Shown here: piece by piece, positions 27,869-37,235 of the stretch
Layout of the letters: every line of letters begins with the position of its first letter
Position numbering within the stretch: the first letter of the stretch is position 1
Assembly: GCA_964586835.1 (NCBI GenBank)
Contig: CAZPIC010000006.1
Coordinates: 17,534 to 81,533, forward strand
DNA: 64,000 nt
Source of the DNA: an uncultured Oscillospiraceae bacterium
GTDB lineage: Bacteria > Bacillota > Clostridia > Christensenellales > Aristaeellaceae
Reading direction: 5' to 3'
The notes under the pieces: model-generated
What the model saw: only the letters and a program-made list of their open reading frames with translations
Databases searched by the model: none
Told to the model about the DNA's origin: nothing
Made by a program: the position numbers and the translations under genes

Positions 27869-29194
27869 TTACTTTCCAACGCAAAACGTGGAAAAAATGC
27901 TGTCCAACACCGCCTCCGTAACGCTGTCTCCAGTGACTTCCCCCAGGGACAGGAGGGCGTGCTGGAGCTCCACCGCACACAGGTCCAGAGGCTCTCCTGC
28001 ATCCAGCGCTGCAGCGGCGCTGCGCAGCGCTTGGGCTGCCTGTCTGGCCAGGCGCATGTGGCGCTCAAGCGTCAGTGCATTCTCCCCGGGATCTCCCGCG
28101 AAATGGCTGATTTCTCTAAGAAGGTCCCGGATTCCTTCGCCTGTTCTGGCAGAGACAAGCACCCCTTCGGGACAGCCCCCGGCCACGCCGAGATCGCGCT
28201 TGTTCAGGACGCGCAGATGAGGGAGGGCGGCGACACTGTCAAGCACGGACGCGTCCGTCGCGTCGGGTGGACGGCTTGCATCCAGAACAGCCAGGACAAG
28301 GTCGGCGCCCTTCATCACGTCCCTGGCGCGGGCGATGCCAATTCTCTCCACCTCGTCACCGCCTTCTCTTATCCCAGCTGTGTCGGAAAATAGCATCTCA
28401 AGGCCATTCACACTCAAGCTCCCCCGGACGACATCGCGCGTCGTCCCTGGAATTTCGGTGACGATAGCCGCTTCGAAGCCAAGGATGGCATTGAGCAGCG
28501 AGGATTTCCCGACGTTTGGTTTTCCGATGATCGCCACCTCCATCCCTTCCTGGAGGATCCTCGCTGCCCTTTCGTCACAGGAGGCCTCTAACTTCATTGC
28601 CAACGCCCTGGTTTGGTCGGCGAGATCCGGCGCGCTCAGGCTGAAGTCCGCCTCTTCAGGGAAGTCAATGCCCGCCTCGACGCCCGCCAGCAGGGAGACA
28701 AGCTCCTGTTGCGTATGGCTGATAAAGGCGGCTGTTCCTCCCGACAGCTGCCTGAGCGCAGCGGAAGCAGCCCGTGCGCCCCCTGCGGAGATCAGGCTCA
28801 TCACCGCTTCCGCCCTGCTTAGGTCAATGCGTCCGTTCAGAAACGCCCGCTTTGTAAACTCCCCCGGCTCCGCCGGGCGCGCCCCCAAAGCGAACAGGGC
28901 TTTCAGCACGCTGTCCACGACCTGTTTTCCACCGTGAAGGTGGATCTCCGCCACATCCTCCCGTGTGTAGCTTCTGGGAGCCTCCATCAGCACTGCCAGG
29001 CATTCGTCCAGGGTCACTCCCCTCCATACAGCATGGCCGTGTCGCATCATGTGGCTTTTCCAAAGAGGGTTCCTATCGGAAGGAACAAAGAGGTCTGAGA
29101 GCATCCTGCGCGACTCCGGTCCGCTCAGGCGCACGACCGCAATGCCTCCGCGGCCGGGCGGGGTTGCCACTGCGGCAATGGTCGTCTGTTCCAT
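27869..29194 (-). CDS. mnmE: tRNA modification GTPase MnmE (TrmE)
   Basis: 441 aa. N-terminal IAAVATPPGRGGIAVVRLSG, G-domain GKPNVGKSSLLN / DTAGIRE / NKRD, and the C-terminal FCVGK motif. Confidence 0.95.
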   Translation of the reverse strand: MEQTTIAAVATPPGRGGIAVVRLSGPESRRMLSDLFVPSDRNPLWKSHMMRHGHAVWRGVTLDECLAVLMEAPRSYTREDVAEIHLHGGKQVVDSVLKALFALGARPAEPGEFTKRAFLNGRIDLSRAEAVMSLISAGGARAASAALRQLSGGTAAFISHTQQELVSLLAGVEAGIDFPEEADFSLSAPDLADQTRALAMKLEASCDERAARILQEGMEVAIIGKPNVGKSSLLNAILGFEAAIVTEIPGTTRDVVRGSLSVNGLEMLFSDTAGIREGGDEVERIGIARARDVMKGADLVLAVLDASRPPDATDASVLDSVAALPHLRVLNKRDLGVAGGCPEGVLVSARTGEGIRDLLREISHFAGDPGENALTLERHMRLARQAAQALRSAAAALDAGEPLDLCAVELQHALLSLGEVTGDSVTEAVLDSIFSTFCVGK

Positions 29195-29258
29195 GGCTCA
29201 CCTCCACCTAGAAAGTATAGGTGCTGGCCGGTCTATCCGCAAACGGCGTCCCCTCCCG

Positions 29259-29287
29259 TTGAAAGACGGGCTCCCTGCCGATATAAT
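29259..29287 (+). promoter_or_regulatory. sigma-A promoter candidate for dnaE
   Basis: TTGAAA (29259-29264), 17-nt spacer, TATAAT (29282-29287), 25 nt upstream of the dnaE ATG. Confidence 0.55.
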
Positions 29288-29312
29288 GGGCGCGGACGGG
29301 GAGGATTCAAGA

Positions 29313-32300
29313 ATGGCTTTTGCACACCTGCATCTTCATACAGAATACAGTCTCTTGGACGGAGCTTGCCGCATTCGTGACCTGGTTTCAAGGCTTTCCG
29401 CCCTGGGGATGAGCTCCTGTGCGATCACGGACCATGGCGCACTCTATGGCGTCGTCGACTTCCATCAGGCTTGCCTCGACGCAGGCATCCATCCCGTGAT
29501 CGGATGCGAAGTCTATGTCTGCCAGGACATGGACGACAAGACCAGCTTCACGCGCGAATACAGCCACCTGATCCTTCTGTGCGAAAATAACACAGGGTAC
29601 CACAACCTGATCAAGCTTGTCAGCGAAGGTTTTACAAGAGGCTTTTACTACAAGCCGCGCATCGACCACAGCCTCCTTGAAAAACACCACGAGGGTCTCA
29701 TCGCGCTGTCAGCCTGTCTGTCGGGGGATCTGCCCAGGCTTCTTCTGGATGAGCGCTATCAAGAGGCGGAGAAGTATGCCAGGAGCATGGAGTCTCTCTT
29801 CGGAAAGGACCGATTCTTCATCGAGATCATGGACCACGGAATCGCCGAGGAAAAAATCGTTCTTCCCCGCCTGGTCGACCTTTCAGCGCGAACCGGGATC
29901 CCCCTGGTAGCCACCAATGACTGCCACTACCTTTCAAAGGAGGACGCACCCGCCCAGGAAGTCCTCATGTGCATTCAGACAGGAAAGACACTCGAGGACA
30001 AATCCCGCCTCCGCTTTGGCTCGAGCGAACTCTACGTCAAATCAGAGGAGGAGATGCGCGCCCTTTTCCCCGGGCTTGGCCATGCGGTGGAACGCACGGA
30101 AGAGATCGCCCGCCGCTGCAGGGTGGATTTTGATTTCTCCACCCTCCATCTGCCGGTGTATGACGTCAGCCCGCAAGCCGACCCCGAGCGCCTGCTCCGG
30201 GCTCTGTGTGAAGAGGGCTTTCAAAAAAGATATCCGGAGAACCCCGCACAAGCGCGGGAGAGGCTCGAATATGAACTTCAGGTCATTGCAGACATGGGGT
30301 ATGTGGATTATTTTTTGATTGTATGGGACTTCATTAGATACGCAAAGGACAACGATATCATGGTCGGCCCTGGTCGGGGCAGCGCAGCTGGCAGCATCGT
30401 GTCGTACTGTCTTGGGATCACCCTGCTTGATCCGCTGAAGTACAGCCTTCTGTTTGAGCGCTTCCTGAATCCCGAGCGCATCTCTATGCCTGACATCGAT
30501 GTGGACTTCTGCTATGAGCGGCGCCAGGAGGTCATCGATTATGTAACGCGCAGGTATGGACCTGAGCATGTATCACAGATCATCACCTTCGGCACGATGG
30601 CTGCCAGGGGCGTCATCCGCGATGTGGGGCGTGTCCTAGGCTACAGCTACCAGGAAACCGATGCCATTGCCAGGATGGTTCCCCTGGAGCTCAACATGAC
30701 GCTTGAGAAGGCGCTTGCCATGAATCCGGAGTTTCGGGCTGCTCAGGCAGAGGATGACCGCGTCAGGCGCGTTGTGTCCACAGCGCTGCTCCTGGAGGGG
30801 ATGCCCAGGCATGCAGGCACGCATGCAGCGGGGGTTCTGATCACAAGAGATCCCGTTGTCGACCATGTGCCCCTGCAGTTAAACGACCATGTTGTCACAA
30901 CGCAGTTTTCTATGGGCGTCATCGAGAAGCTGGGGCTTTTAAAGATGGATTTTCTCGGTCTGAGAACGCTGACCGTCATCAGGGATACCCTCTGGCAGAT
31001 CTCCGCTGACAGCGATCCTATGCACGCAGAGGATATTCCTCTTGAAGACGCCGAAGTGTTCGCGATGATCTCCGCAGGGGACACTGACGGGGTCTTTCAA
31101 CTGGAAGGCAGCGGGATGCGCATTTTTCTAAGCAACATGAAGCCCGAGACTTTTGAGGATATTATCGCAGCGTTGTCCCTGTACAGGCCAGGCCCCATGG
31201 ATTCTATTCCCCGTTACATTGCGGGCAAGCATGACCCTGCCTCCATTCGCTACACTTCTCCCCTTCTGGAGCCTATCCTCGGGGTTACCTATGGCTGCAT
31301 CGTCTATCAGGAGCAGGTCATGCAGATCGTCCGTGACCTGGCAGGCTACAGTTATGCCCGAAGCGACCTGGTACGCCGTGCCATGTCAAAAAAGGAAAAA
31401 AGCGTCATGGCAAAGGAGAGGGAGGTTTTCATCCATGGGTCTGTGAAAGAGGGCGTTCCAGGCGCCGTCTCCCGTGGCTTGTCCGTCAGAGAAGCCGAAG
31501 TGCTCTTTGATGAAATGTCCTCCTTTGCCAGCTATGCCTTCAACAAATCACACGCCGCCGCCTACGGCGTCATCAGCATGCAGACCGCCTGGCTGAAAAA
31601 GCACTACCCTGCCGAATTCATGGCCGCCATGATGAACTCCGTCATTGGAAATGCGGTGAAGATCGCGTCCTATATACAGTATTGCCGGCATAGCCATATC
31701 GTCATGCTGCCCCCCCATGTCAACATCTCACATTCCCGCTTTGTTACGGGCAAAAACAGAGACGGGACAAAGGGAATTCACTTCGGTCTCAGCGCGATCA
31801 GGGGACTGGGAGAAAAGGCCGTTGAACACATCGTCGCAGAAAGAGACAGGGGTGGTCCCTTTCGCGACATCTATGACTTCTGTCTCAGGGTCAGCATAGA
31901 CCAGGTCAACAAGCGCTGCGTAGAAAGCCTGATTAAAGCAGGCTGCTTTGACGGGCTCGGCGCCAGCCGCGCTCAGTGCATGCAGGTATACGAACGGGTG
32001 ATGGATTCTGTTGCGCAGCGCAGACGCCGCAGCATCGAAGGCCAGCTTTCCATGTTTGATGCAGGCAGCGAAGCAGGCCCTCTCTCCGAAAAACGCGAGT
32101 ACCCACAGATTGATGAGTTCCCGGCCCGTGCCCTTCTGGCTATGGAAAAGGAAGTATCGGGCGTGTATATTTCCGGCCATCCCCTTGACGAGTTTGTGCC
32201 GTTTCTGGATACTTTGCCTGTCAATACAGCCTACGTCGCAGAGCTTTCTGAACGCGACGACCGTGGACTTGAAGAGGATGGAAGGCTTGTAACGATGGGG

Positions 32301-32822
32301 GGTCTGATGGTCTCTTTCCGTTCCAAAGTAACCAGGAAGGGTAGTATGATGGGCTTTGGTGTCCTTGAGGATATGACAGGCCAGATTGAATGCCTCTTTT
32401 TCCCCCAGGTCTATGAAAGGGTTGCCGGCCTTGCCGACACTGATGGGCCGGTTCTCATCAGGGGAAAGCTCTCCGTCCGCGAAGAGGAGGAAACGAAGCT
32501 GCTGGTGGACGATCTCGAGCCTCTTAAAAACCGTGACCCCGGCTCTATGCCTTCAGCGCACACAGAGGCCGAAAGCGACATGGCAGCGGCCAGAGAAGCC
32601 CCCGAAAGGCTGTACCTGCGCCTGAAAAGAGAACAGTTCCCTGACTGTGGAGAGGTGCTCCAGAGCATGCAGGGAGAGATCCCTGTTTTCCTGAACATTC
32701 CAGACGAAAGGATCACGCTTCTGGCGCCCCGGGCATGGTGGTGCCGGGACGCGGCCAGCGCAAGAGACAGGCTCTTGAGCCGTCTTCAAGCAGACAATAT
32801 CAGGGTGGTGAAAAAGAAGTGA
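29313..32822 (+). CDS. dnaE: DNA polymerase III subunit alpha (DnaE type)
   Basis: ATG at 29313 follows GGGGAGGA. PHP domain FAHLHLHTEYSLLDG, ITDHGALYG, polymerase core MPDIDVDF, HAAGVLI. About 1169 aa. The upstream part of the 1257-aa ORF is antisense to mnmE. Confidence 0.95.
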   Translation: MAFAHLHLHTEYSLLDGACRIRDLVSRLSALGMSSCAITDHGALYGVVDFHQACLDAGIHPVIGCEVYVCQDMDDKTSFTREYSHLILLCENNTGYHNLIKLVSEGFTRGFYYKPRIDHSLLEKHHEGLIALSACLSGDLPRLLLDERYQEAEKYARSMESLFGKDRFFIEIMDHGIAEEKIVLPRLVDLSARTGIPLVATNDCHYLSKEDAPAQEVLMCIQTGKTLEDKSRLRFGSSELYVKSEEEMRALFPGLGHAVERTEEIARRCRVDFDFSTLHLPVYDVSPQADPERLLRALCEEGFQKRYPENPAQARERLEYELQVIADMGYVDYFLIVWDFIRYAKDNDIMVGPGRGSAAGSIVSYCLGITLLDPLKYSLLFERFLNPERISMPDIDVDFCYERRQEVIDYVTRRYGPEHVSQIITFGTMAARGVIRDVGRVLGYSYQETDAIARMVPLELNMTLEKALAMNPEFRAAQAEDDRVRRVVSTALLLEGMPRHAGTHAAGVLITRDPVVDHVPLQLNDHVVTTQFSMGVIEKLGLLKMDFLGLRTLTVIRDTLWQISADSDPMHAEDIPLEDAEVFAMISAGDTDGVFQLEGSGMRIFLSNMKPETFEDIIAALSLYRPGPMDSIPRYIAGKHDPASIRYTSPLLEPILGVTYGCIVYQEQVMQIVRDLAGYSYARSDLVRRAMSKKEKSVMAKEREVFIHGSVKEGVPGAVSRGLSVREAEVLFDEMSSFASYAFNKSHAAAYGVISMQTAWLKKHYPAEFMAAMMNSVIGNAVKIASYIQYCRHSHIVMLPPHVNISHSRFVTGKNRDGTKGIHFGLSAIRGLGEKAVEHIVAERDRGGPFRDIYDFCLRVSIDQVNKRCVESLIKAGCFDGLGASRAQCMQVYERVMDSVAQRRRRSIEGQLSMFDAGSEAGPLSEKREYPQIDEFPARALLAMEKEVSGVYISGHPLDEFVPFLDTLPVNTAYVAELSERDDRGLEEDGRLVTMGGLMVSFRSKVTRKGSMMGFGVLEDMTGQIECLFFPQVYERVAGLADTDGPVLIRGKLSVREEEETKLLVDDLEPLKNRDPGSMPSAHTEAESDMAAAREAPERLYLRLKREQFPDCGEVLQSMQGEIPVFLNIPDERITLLAPRAWWCRDAASARDRLLSRLQADNIRVVKKK

Positions 32823-32827
32823 ACCGG

Positions 32828-33199
32828 ATGAGAATCACCGTTCCAGCGCAACAGGAATGGGCCTTGGTCTTAAGGACTGCTTTAGGCGGGGTAGGGACCC
32901 TTGCGGGCCTGTCGGTCGACATGATCGACGACCTGAAGACAGCCTCGGACGAAGCGTTTAACCTGCTGATCAACCAGATGCGCCCGGCCATGAACGTCAC
33001 ACTCTATTGCGATATTGCCGATCAGACTCTAAGCATTCGGATGCAGGCAGAACGCGCGATGGTATACAAGGAGTGTACGCCGGTCGATCCGGAGGTAGCC
33101 CATCTGATCATCGGCACCCTCGTAACCGATGTGCACCTGGAAGGAGACCGATGCGGTATCCACAGCGTCCACATGAAGCTCCCTTCAGCCGAACGCTAA
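32828..33199 (+). CDS. SpoIIAB/RsbW-like anti-sigma factor homolog lacking recognisable ATP-binding boxes
   Basis: 123 aa. MRITVPAQQEWALVLRTALGGVGTLAGLSVDMIDDLKTASDEAFNLLI aligns by eye with the N-terminal half of SpoIIAB/RsbW. The expected DxGxG (here IRMQAER) and GxGx (here EVAH) boxes are absent. The gene starts 5 nt after the dnaE stop and ends 1 nt before the sigma gene. Confidence 0.55.
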   Translation: MRITVPAQQEWALVLRTALGGVGTLAGLSVDMIDDLKTASDEAFNLLINQMRPAMNVTLYCDIADQTLSIRMQAERAMVYKECTPVDPEVAHLIIGTLVTDVHLEGDRCGIHSVHMKLPSAER

Positions 33200-33200
33200 T

Positions 33201-33929
33201 ATGAACGCTGATCTGATCCACGAGACTGCCAGCGAGTACGCACGCCTGAAAACCGGCGAAGCGATGGAAAGGGCTGTCAACGCCGCCCTTCCACTCAGTT
33301 ATGCCATCGCCGCGAGATTTTATGGCAGGGGCGTGGAGGCGGAAGACCTGCGCCAGGTCGCCGCACTTGCGCTTGTCAGCGCACTCAAAGGTTTTGACCC
33401 TTCTCGCGGCCTTCGCTTTACAACCTATGTCACACCGACCATCACCGGGACGGTGCGCAACCATATCAGAGATAAAGCACAGCTGCTGCGGACACCTCGC
33501 GGCCTCCGCGAACAGGGCATTCAGATGGACCGGGCCTATGACGAACTGCTTGGCACGCTCCATCGGGAACCCTCCGTAAAAGAGCTGGCTGATAGGCTTG
33601 GCTGGAGGGTAGACAGGGTGCTGGAAATCCGGATGATGCGTGAAAAAGCCCAAGTCTCCTCCCTGGATGCGCCAGACGACGCGGGACTGATGCTCTTTGA
33701 AAAAATTGGCGATACCGACAGCCGCTTTGACGCGTTCGAGGCCCGCGAAGACCTGATGGCTGCGATGAAAAAGCTCAGTGACTTTGAAAAAAAACTGCTT
33801 GCTCTGCGCTTCAGGGATCGGCTCTCGCAACAGGCAGCCGCCCAACGCATGAACATGACCCAGATGCAGGTATCCCGCATGGAGCGAAGGCTGCTCAAGG
33901 CTCTCCGCGAGGACATGGGTGCGGGTTGA
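33201..33929 (+). CDS. RNA polymerase sigma factor, group 3 (SigB/SigF/FliA-like)
   Basis: 242 aa. Region 2 EDLRQVAALALVSALKGFDPSRGLRFTTYVTPTITGTVRNHIRD. Region 4.2 HTH LSQQAAAQRMNMTQMQVSRMERRLLKALRE. Confidence 0.88.
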   Translation: MNADLIHETASEYARLKTGEAMERAVNAALPLSYAIAARFYGRGVEAEDLRQVAALALVSALKGFDPSRGLRFTTYVTPTITGTVRNHIRDKAQLLRTPRGLREQGIQMDRAYDELLGTLHREPSVKELADRLGWRVDRVLEIRMMREKAQVSSLDAPDDAGLMLFEKIGDTDSRFDAFEAREDLMAAMKKLSDFEKKLLALRFRDRLSQQAAAQRMNMTQMQVSRMERRLLKALREDMGAG

Positions 33930-33933
33930 GCAG

Positions 33934-34842
33934 ATGAAGCGCTCGAACCGGCAGAGAGAAACGGCCTTGTCAAAGAGAATCCCCATCCTGAAACGGCTTG
34001 TCGACGATGGCCTCTTTTCCAACAGGAAAACCGCTTTCTCGTGGTTGCTCAGCGGCGAGGTGACCGTTAACGGAAGCATAGCCCGCCCCGGTGACTGCGT
34101 CAGCCCGCTGGACATTCTCGACGTGCCCGGTCTTGCGGCGACCTATGCCTCCAGAGGAGGTCTGAAGCTGGAAGGCGCCCTCAGCTATTTTGATCTTTCC
34201 CCTGACGGACAAGTCTGTATCGATGCAGGCGCTTCGACGGGTGGCTTCACAGACTGCCTGCTTCGTCACGGTGCAGCAAAGGTCTACGCGGTAGATGTCG
34301 GCTTTGGTCAGCTGACCGGAAAGCTCCGTCAGAATCCCAGGGTTGTCAACCTGGAAAAAACCAACCTGTCAGACGCATCACTGCTTGAGCTTTCCCCTGT
34401 TCCAAGCCTTGGGACCTGTGACCTGAGCTATCTTTCCTTAAGGAAGGCTGTACCGTACCTTCTGCCGATCCTGCATGGTCATGGCGACCTCATCTGTCTG
34501 GTCAAGCCGCTGTTTGAGACCGAGGACGCAGAGGCGCGGCGTACCGGCATCCTGAACGAGGACAGCTACAGCCCGATGCTCCATGGCCTCATCGAGGACC
34601 TGAATGCTCTGCAGGGTGTCCGCGTGCTGGACGTGACCCACAGCCCTGTTGTGGGGAACAAGCGGACGCTGGAGTTTTTCCTGCATCTTCGGGCGGGTAT
34701 ACAAGCCAATGTCTCTGACCTGCGCGCTTCCGTTCAGCGCAGCGTGGACAGCGCGCTGCAGCTGCTTTTCACCCCGTCCCGTACAGGCCATGGAACAAAG
34801 ACCGACGGACGGCCAGGAGTGCAAGATGTTTCAAAAGGATGA
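33934..34842 (+). CDS. tlyA: TlyA family rRNA (cytidine-2'-O)-methyltransferase
   Basis: S4-like N-terminus (RLVDDGLFSNRKTAFSWLLSGEVTVNG), YASRGGLKLEGAL, and the SAM motif CIDAGASTGGFTDCLL. The start is taken at ATG 33934. Confidence 0.88.
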   Translation: MKRSNRQRETALSKRIPILKRLVDDGLFSNRKTAFSWLLSGEVTVNGSIARPGDCVSPLDILDVPGLAATYASRGGLKLEGALSYFDLSPDGQVCIDAGASTGGFTDCLLRHGAAKVYAVDVGFGQLTGKLRQNPRVVNLEKTNLSDASLLELSPVPSLGTCDLSYLSLRKAVPYLLPILHGHGDLICLVKPLFETEDAEARRTGILNEDSYSPMLHGLIEDLNALQGVRVLDVTHSPVVGNKRTLEFFLHLRAGIQANVSDLRASVQRSVDSALQLLFTPSRTGHGTKTDGRPGVQDVSKG

Positions 34843-36283
34843 CCAGTGCCGTGTGTTCGGCATCACCGCGGTGGAAAACCTGTTCCTGACGGAGTATATG
34901 CCCGCTGCGGAAGGTGACTATATCAAGGTGTATCTGTCGGGGCTCTATCACAGCCAGCATGCGCCGGAAGGCTTCGGCCTTCCCCAGCTGGCCGCCGAGC
35001 TATCCATGACAGAGTCGCAGGTGGAGGCAGCGCTCAGATACTGGGAGCGCAGAAGATTGCTTGCCCGTATCAGCGACAGCCCGCCCGTTTACCGCTTCCA
35101 CCACCTCGGACAGCGCATGCTCACCGGCCAGGATAGCCCGGCGGAGGACCGGGATTACATCGCTTTTGCCGAGTCTGTCTACGCGCTCTTTGAGGGCAAG
35201 CGGAAGATCCGCCCGTCCGAGATCGCCATCGCTCACGAGTGGACCCTGGAACTTGGCCTGCCCGGAGAAGCTGTCCTGATGCTTTTAAACCACTGTCTCC
35301 ATACCCGCGGCAGTAGCTTCTCCTTTAAGAGCGCCCAGACCCTGGCGGTGAGCATGGCGGAGGAAAACGTCCGAACGGGGGAAGAGGCTGAAGCCTTCCT
35401 AAGCCAGAGCAGACAGGCGTATGAGGGTGCGCGGGCAGTATTGAAACGTTTCAACTTCCGACGGCTCCCCACCCAGGACGAGGTGTCGCTCTATCGCGTC
35501 TGGACCGAGCAATGGCAGTTCTCCCAGGAGGCGGTGCTCGCCGCGTGCAGCGAAACCGTGAAGGCCAGCAACCCTTCCTTCGCCTATCTGGGCGCCGTGC
35601 TGGAAGGTATCCGGCGCCGAGGCGGCGCCCACACAAAGGCACAGGTAGACGACAGGCTGTCGCTTGAAAGCGAGGACTTCGCGTGTGCGAAGGAAGTCCT
35701 CAGGCTTCTTGGAGCAAGGATCAGCCCCACAGCGGTCGCAGGCGCCTGCGCCACGCTCCGGCAGAGCCATGCGCAGCCCTTGATCTTCCTGGCCGCCGGA
35801 GAAGTCTCCCGCAGAGGAGGCCTTTTTCAGGACATCGAACCGCTCCTGGTCGCCTGGAAGGAAGGCGGTTTGCGGACAGCAGAGGAAGTGAACGCCTTGA
35901 TCGCACGCGAGCGCAGTCAGGACGAACTCCTGATCAAGGTGTTTGACGCCTGCGGGCAGCATGGCCGACCTGGGAGCAAGGACAGACAGGTGCTGAGCGC
36001 CTGGCTTGACGAAGGGCACTCTCCCGCGCTGATCCTTGCGGCAGCCGTTCAGGCGCGGAGCTCCAGGTTAAAGATGCCCTATATCACCAAAGTTCTGGCC
36101 TCCTGGAAAGAGTCCGGGATCAGCACGCCCGAGCAGGCCGCTGGGCCGACCGGTCGGGGAACCGCTCCCCCCTCCCGCCGCGTGAAGGCCCAGCAATACA
36201 CCCAGCGTGCCTACACTGAGGAAGAGCTTGCGTCCCACGCTGTCGACCTGGTGGAGGAGGCGCGTAAATATGATGGACAATGA
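34826..36283 (+). CDS. DnaD-domain replication initiation / helicase-loading protein (Bacillus DnaB-like architecture)
   Basis: Start MFQKDDQCRVFGITAVENLFLTEYMPAAEGDYIKVYLSGLY is a typical DnaD/DnaB N-terminus. Four DnaD-like C-terminal repeats follow, each ending in a W/LxxxG..T.EE-type motif. 17-nt overlap with tlyA. Confidence 0.75.
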   Translation: MFQKDDQCRVFGITAVENLFLTEYMPAAEGDYIKVYLSGLYHSQHAPEGFGLPQLAAELSMTESQVEAALRYWERRRLLARISDSPPVYRFHHLGQRMLTGQDSPAEDRDYIAFAESVYALFEGKRKIRPSEIAIAHEWTLELGLPGEAVLMLLNHCLHTRGSSFSFKSAQTLAVSMAEENVRTGEEAEAFLSQSRQAYEGARAVLKRFNFRRLPTQDEVSLYRVWTEQWQFSQEAVLAACSETVKASNPSFAYLGAVLEGIRRRGGAHTKAQVDDRLSLESEDFACAKEVLRLLGARISPTAVAGACATLRQSHAQPLIFLAAGEVSRRGGLFQDIEPLLVAWKEGGLRTAEEVNALIARERSQDELLIKVFDACGQHGRPGSKDRQVLSAWLDEGHSPALILAAAVQARSSRLKMPYITKVLASWKESGISTPEQAAGPTGRGTAPPSRRVKAQQYTQRAYTEEELASHAVDLVEEARKYDGQ

Positions 36284-37235
36284 GCTGCTTAGGCAGGCCT
36301 TGTCCGAATGCCGCGCCCGACAGAGCGAAAACGCGGCTGAGGAGCGTCGGCGTCTGAGGAAAGCCACAGAGCTTTGCCCCCAGATCGGACAGCTTTACAC
36401 TGCCCGCAGGGAAGACATCTTCACCAGCCTGCGCTCCGCTATGGACGGTCTGGGCACGACAGATATCGGAAGCCTGATCCAATCCAGGAATACCCAGATC
36501 GCTTCTCTCCTGGAAGAGCACGGCCTTGACAGGCAGTACCTCGACGCAGTCTACAGCTGCACGCTGTGCAACGACACCGGTTACTCCGTCTCCTCTGGAA
36601 AACGCCTTTGTCCATGCGTCATTGACAGGGTCAATACGCTGCAGAACAAAGGCATCCTGTCCGAGGACGCCGAAAGCTTCGAGCGGTATGACGATGCTGT
36701 TTTCTCCGAGTCCCTGCTGGCGGGAATCAACGTCACGCAGCGTGCCTATATGCGGGCCGTCAGGGCGCGCTGCGAGGAATATGCCAATGCTGTGCCCGAT
36801 GCCTCCGTTCAAAATCTTCTGTTGTATGGCGGCAACGGCCTTGGAAAAACCTTTTTGCTGCGGTCCATTGGCATCCGCGCCATCCAGCGTCGGGTTCCCA
36901 CCCTGGCGTATACCTCCAACGCCCTTCTCAACCGTATCAGGAAGGCATACTTCGCCCGCGAGCCAGAAGAGGACGGGGCCCATATGCGGGTCCCCCTCCT
37001 GCTCATTGATGATCTGGGGACGGAGCCTCTTTGGGAAAACATCACCGTCGAGCAACTCTTTGTACTGGTCAGTGGCCGTCTGGACTCCGGGCGCCACACC
37101 GTAATCAGCACCAACCTCAGCCTGTCCGAGCTGAAGTCCCGCTATACCGAGAGGATCATGTCAAGGCTCATGGACGAGCGCAAAAGTAGGATCCTTCAAT
37201 TCCTTGGCGAGGATATACGGGGCAGGAAGGGGTGA
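36269..37235 (+). CDS. DnaC/DnaI-like helicase loader ATPase (IstB-like AAA+)
   Basis: Zinc-ribbon-like CTLCNDTGY...CPC. Walker A LLLYGGNGLGKTFL, Walker B LLLIDDLGTE. Overlaps the preceding gene by 15 nt. Confidence 0.8.

Noticed and set aside
27869-29312. Possible replication origin, because mnmE, dnaE and DnaD/DnaC-like genes cluster here
   Set aside because: There is no dnaA, dnaN, rpmH or rnpA. Only one weak DnaA-box-like 9-mer (TCTATCCGC) lies in the 118-nt mnmE-dnaE spacer, and there is no AT-rich unwinding element.
33108-37097. Minus-strand ORFs 33108..34115 (335 aa) and 36120..37097 (325 aa)
   Set aside because: They are antisense to the sigma factor/tlyA and to the DnaC-like gene respectively. 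Their composition is not protein-like and they have no RBS.
37161-37235. 75-nt convergent overlap of the DnaC-like and hemZ-like 3' ends
   Set aside because: Both C-terminal tails are plausible. One may be a slight read-through past the functional end. I see no structure or frameshift signal, so I do not treat it as a feature.
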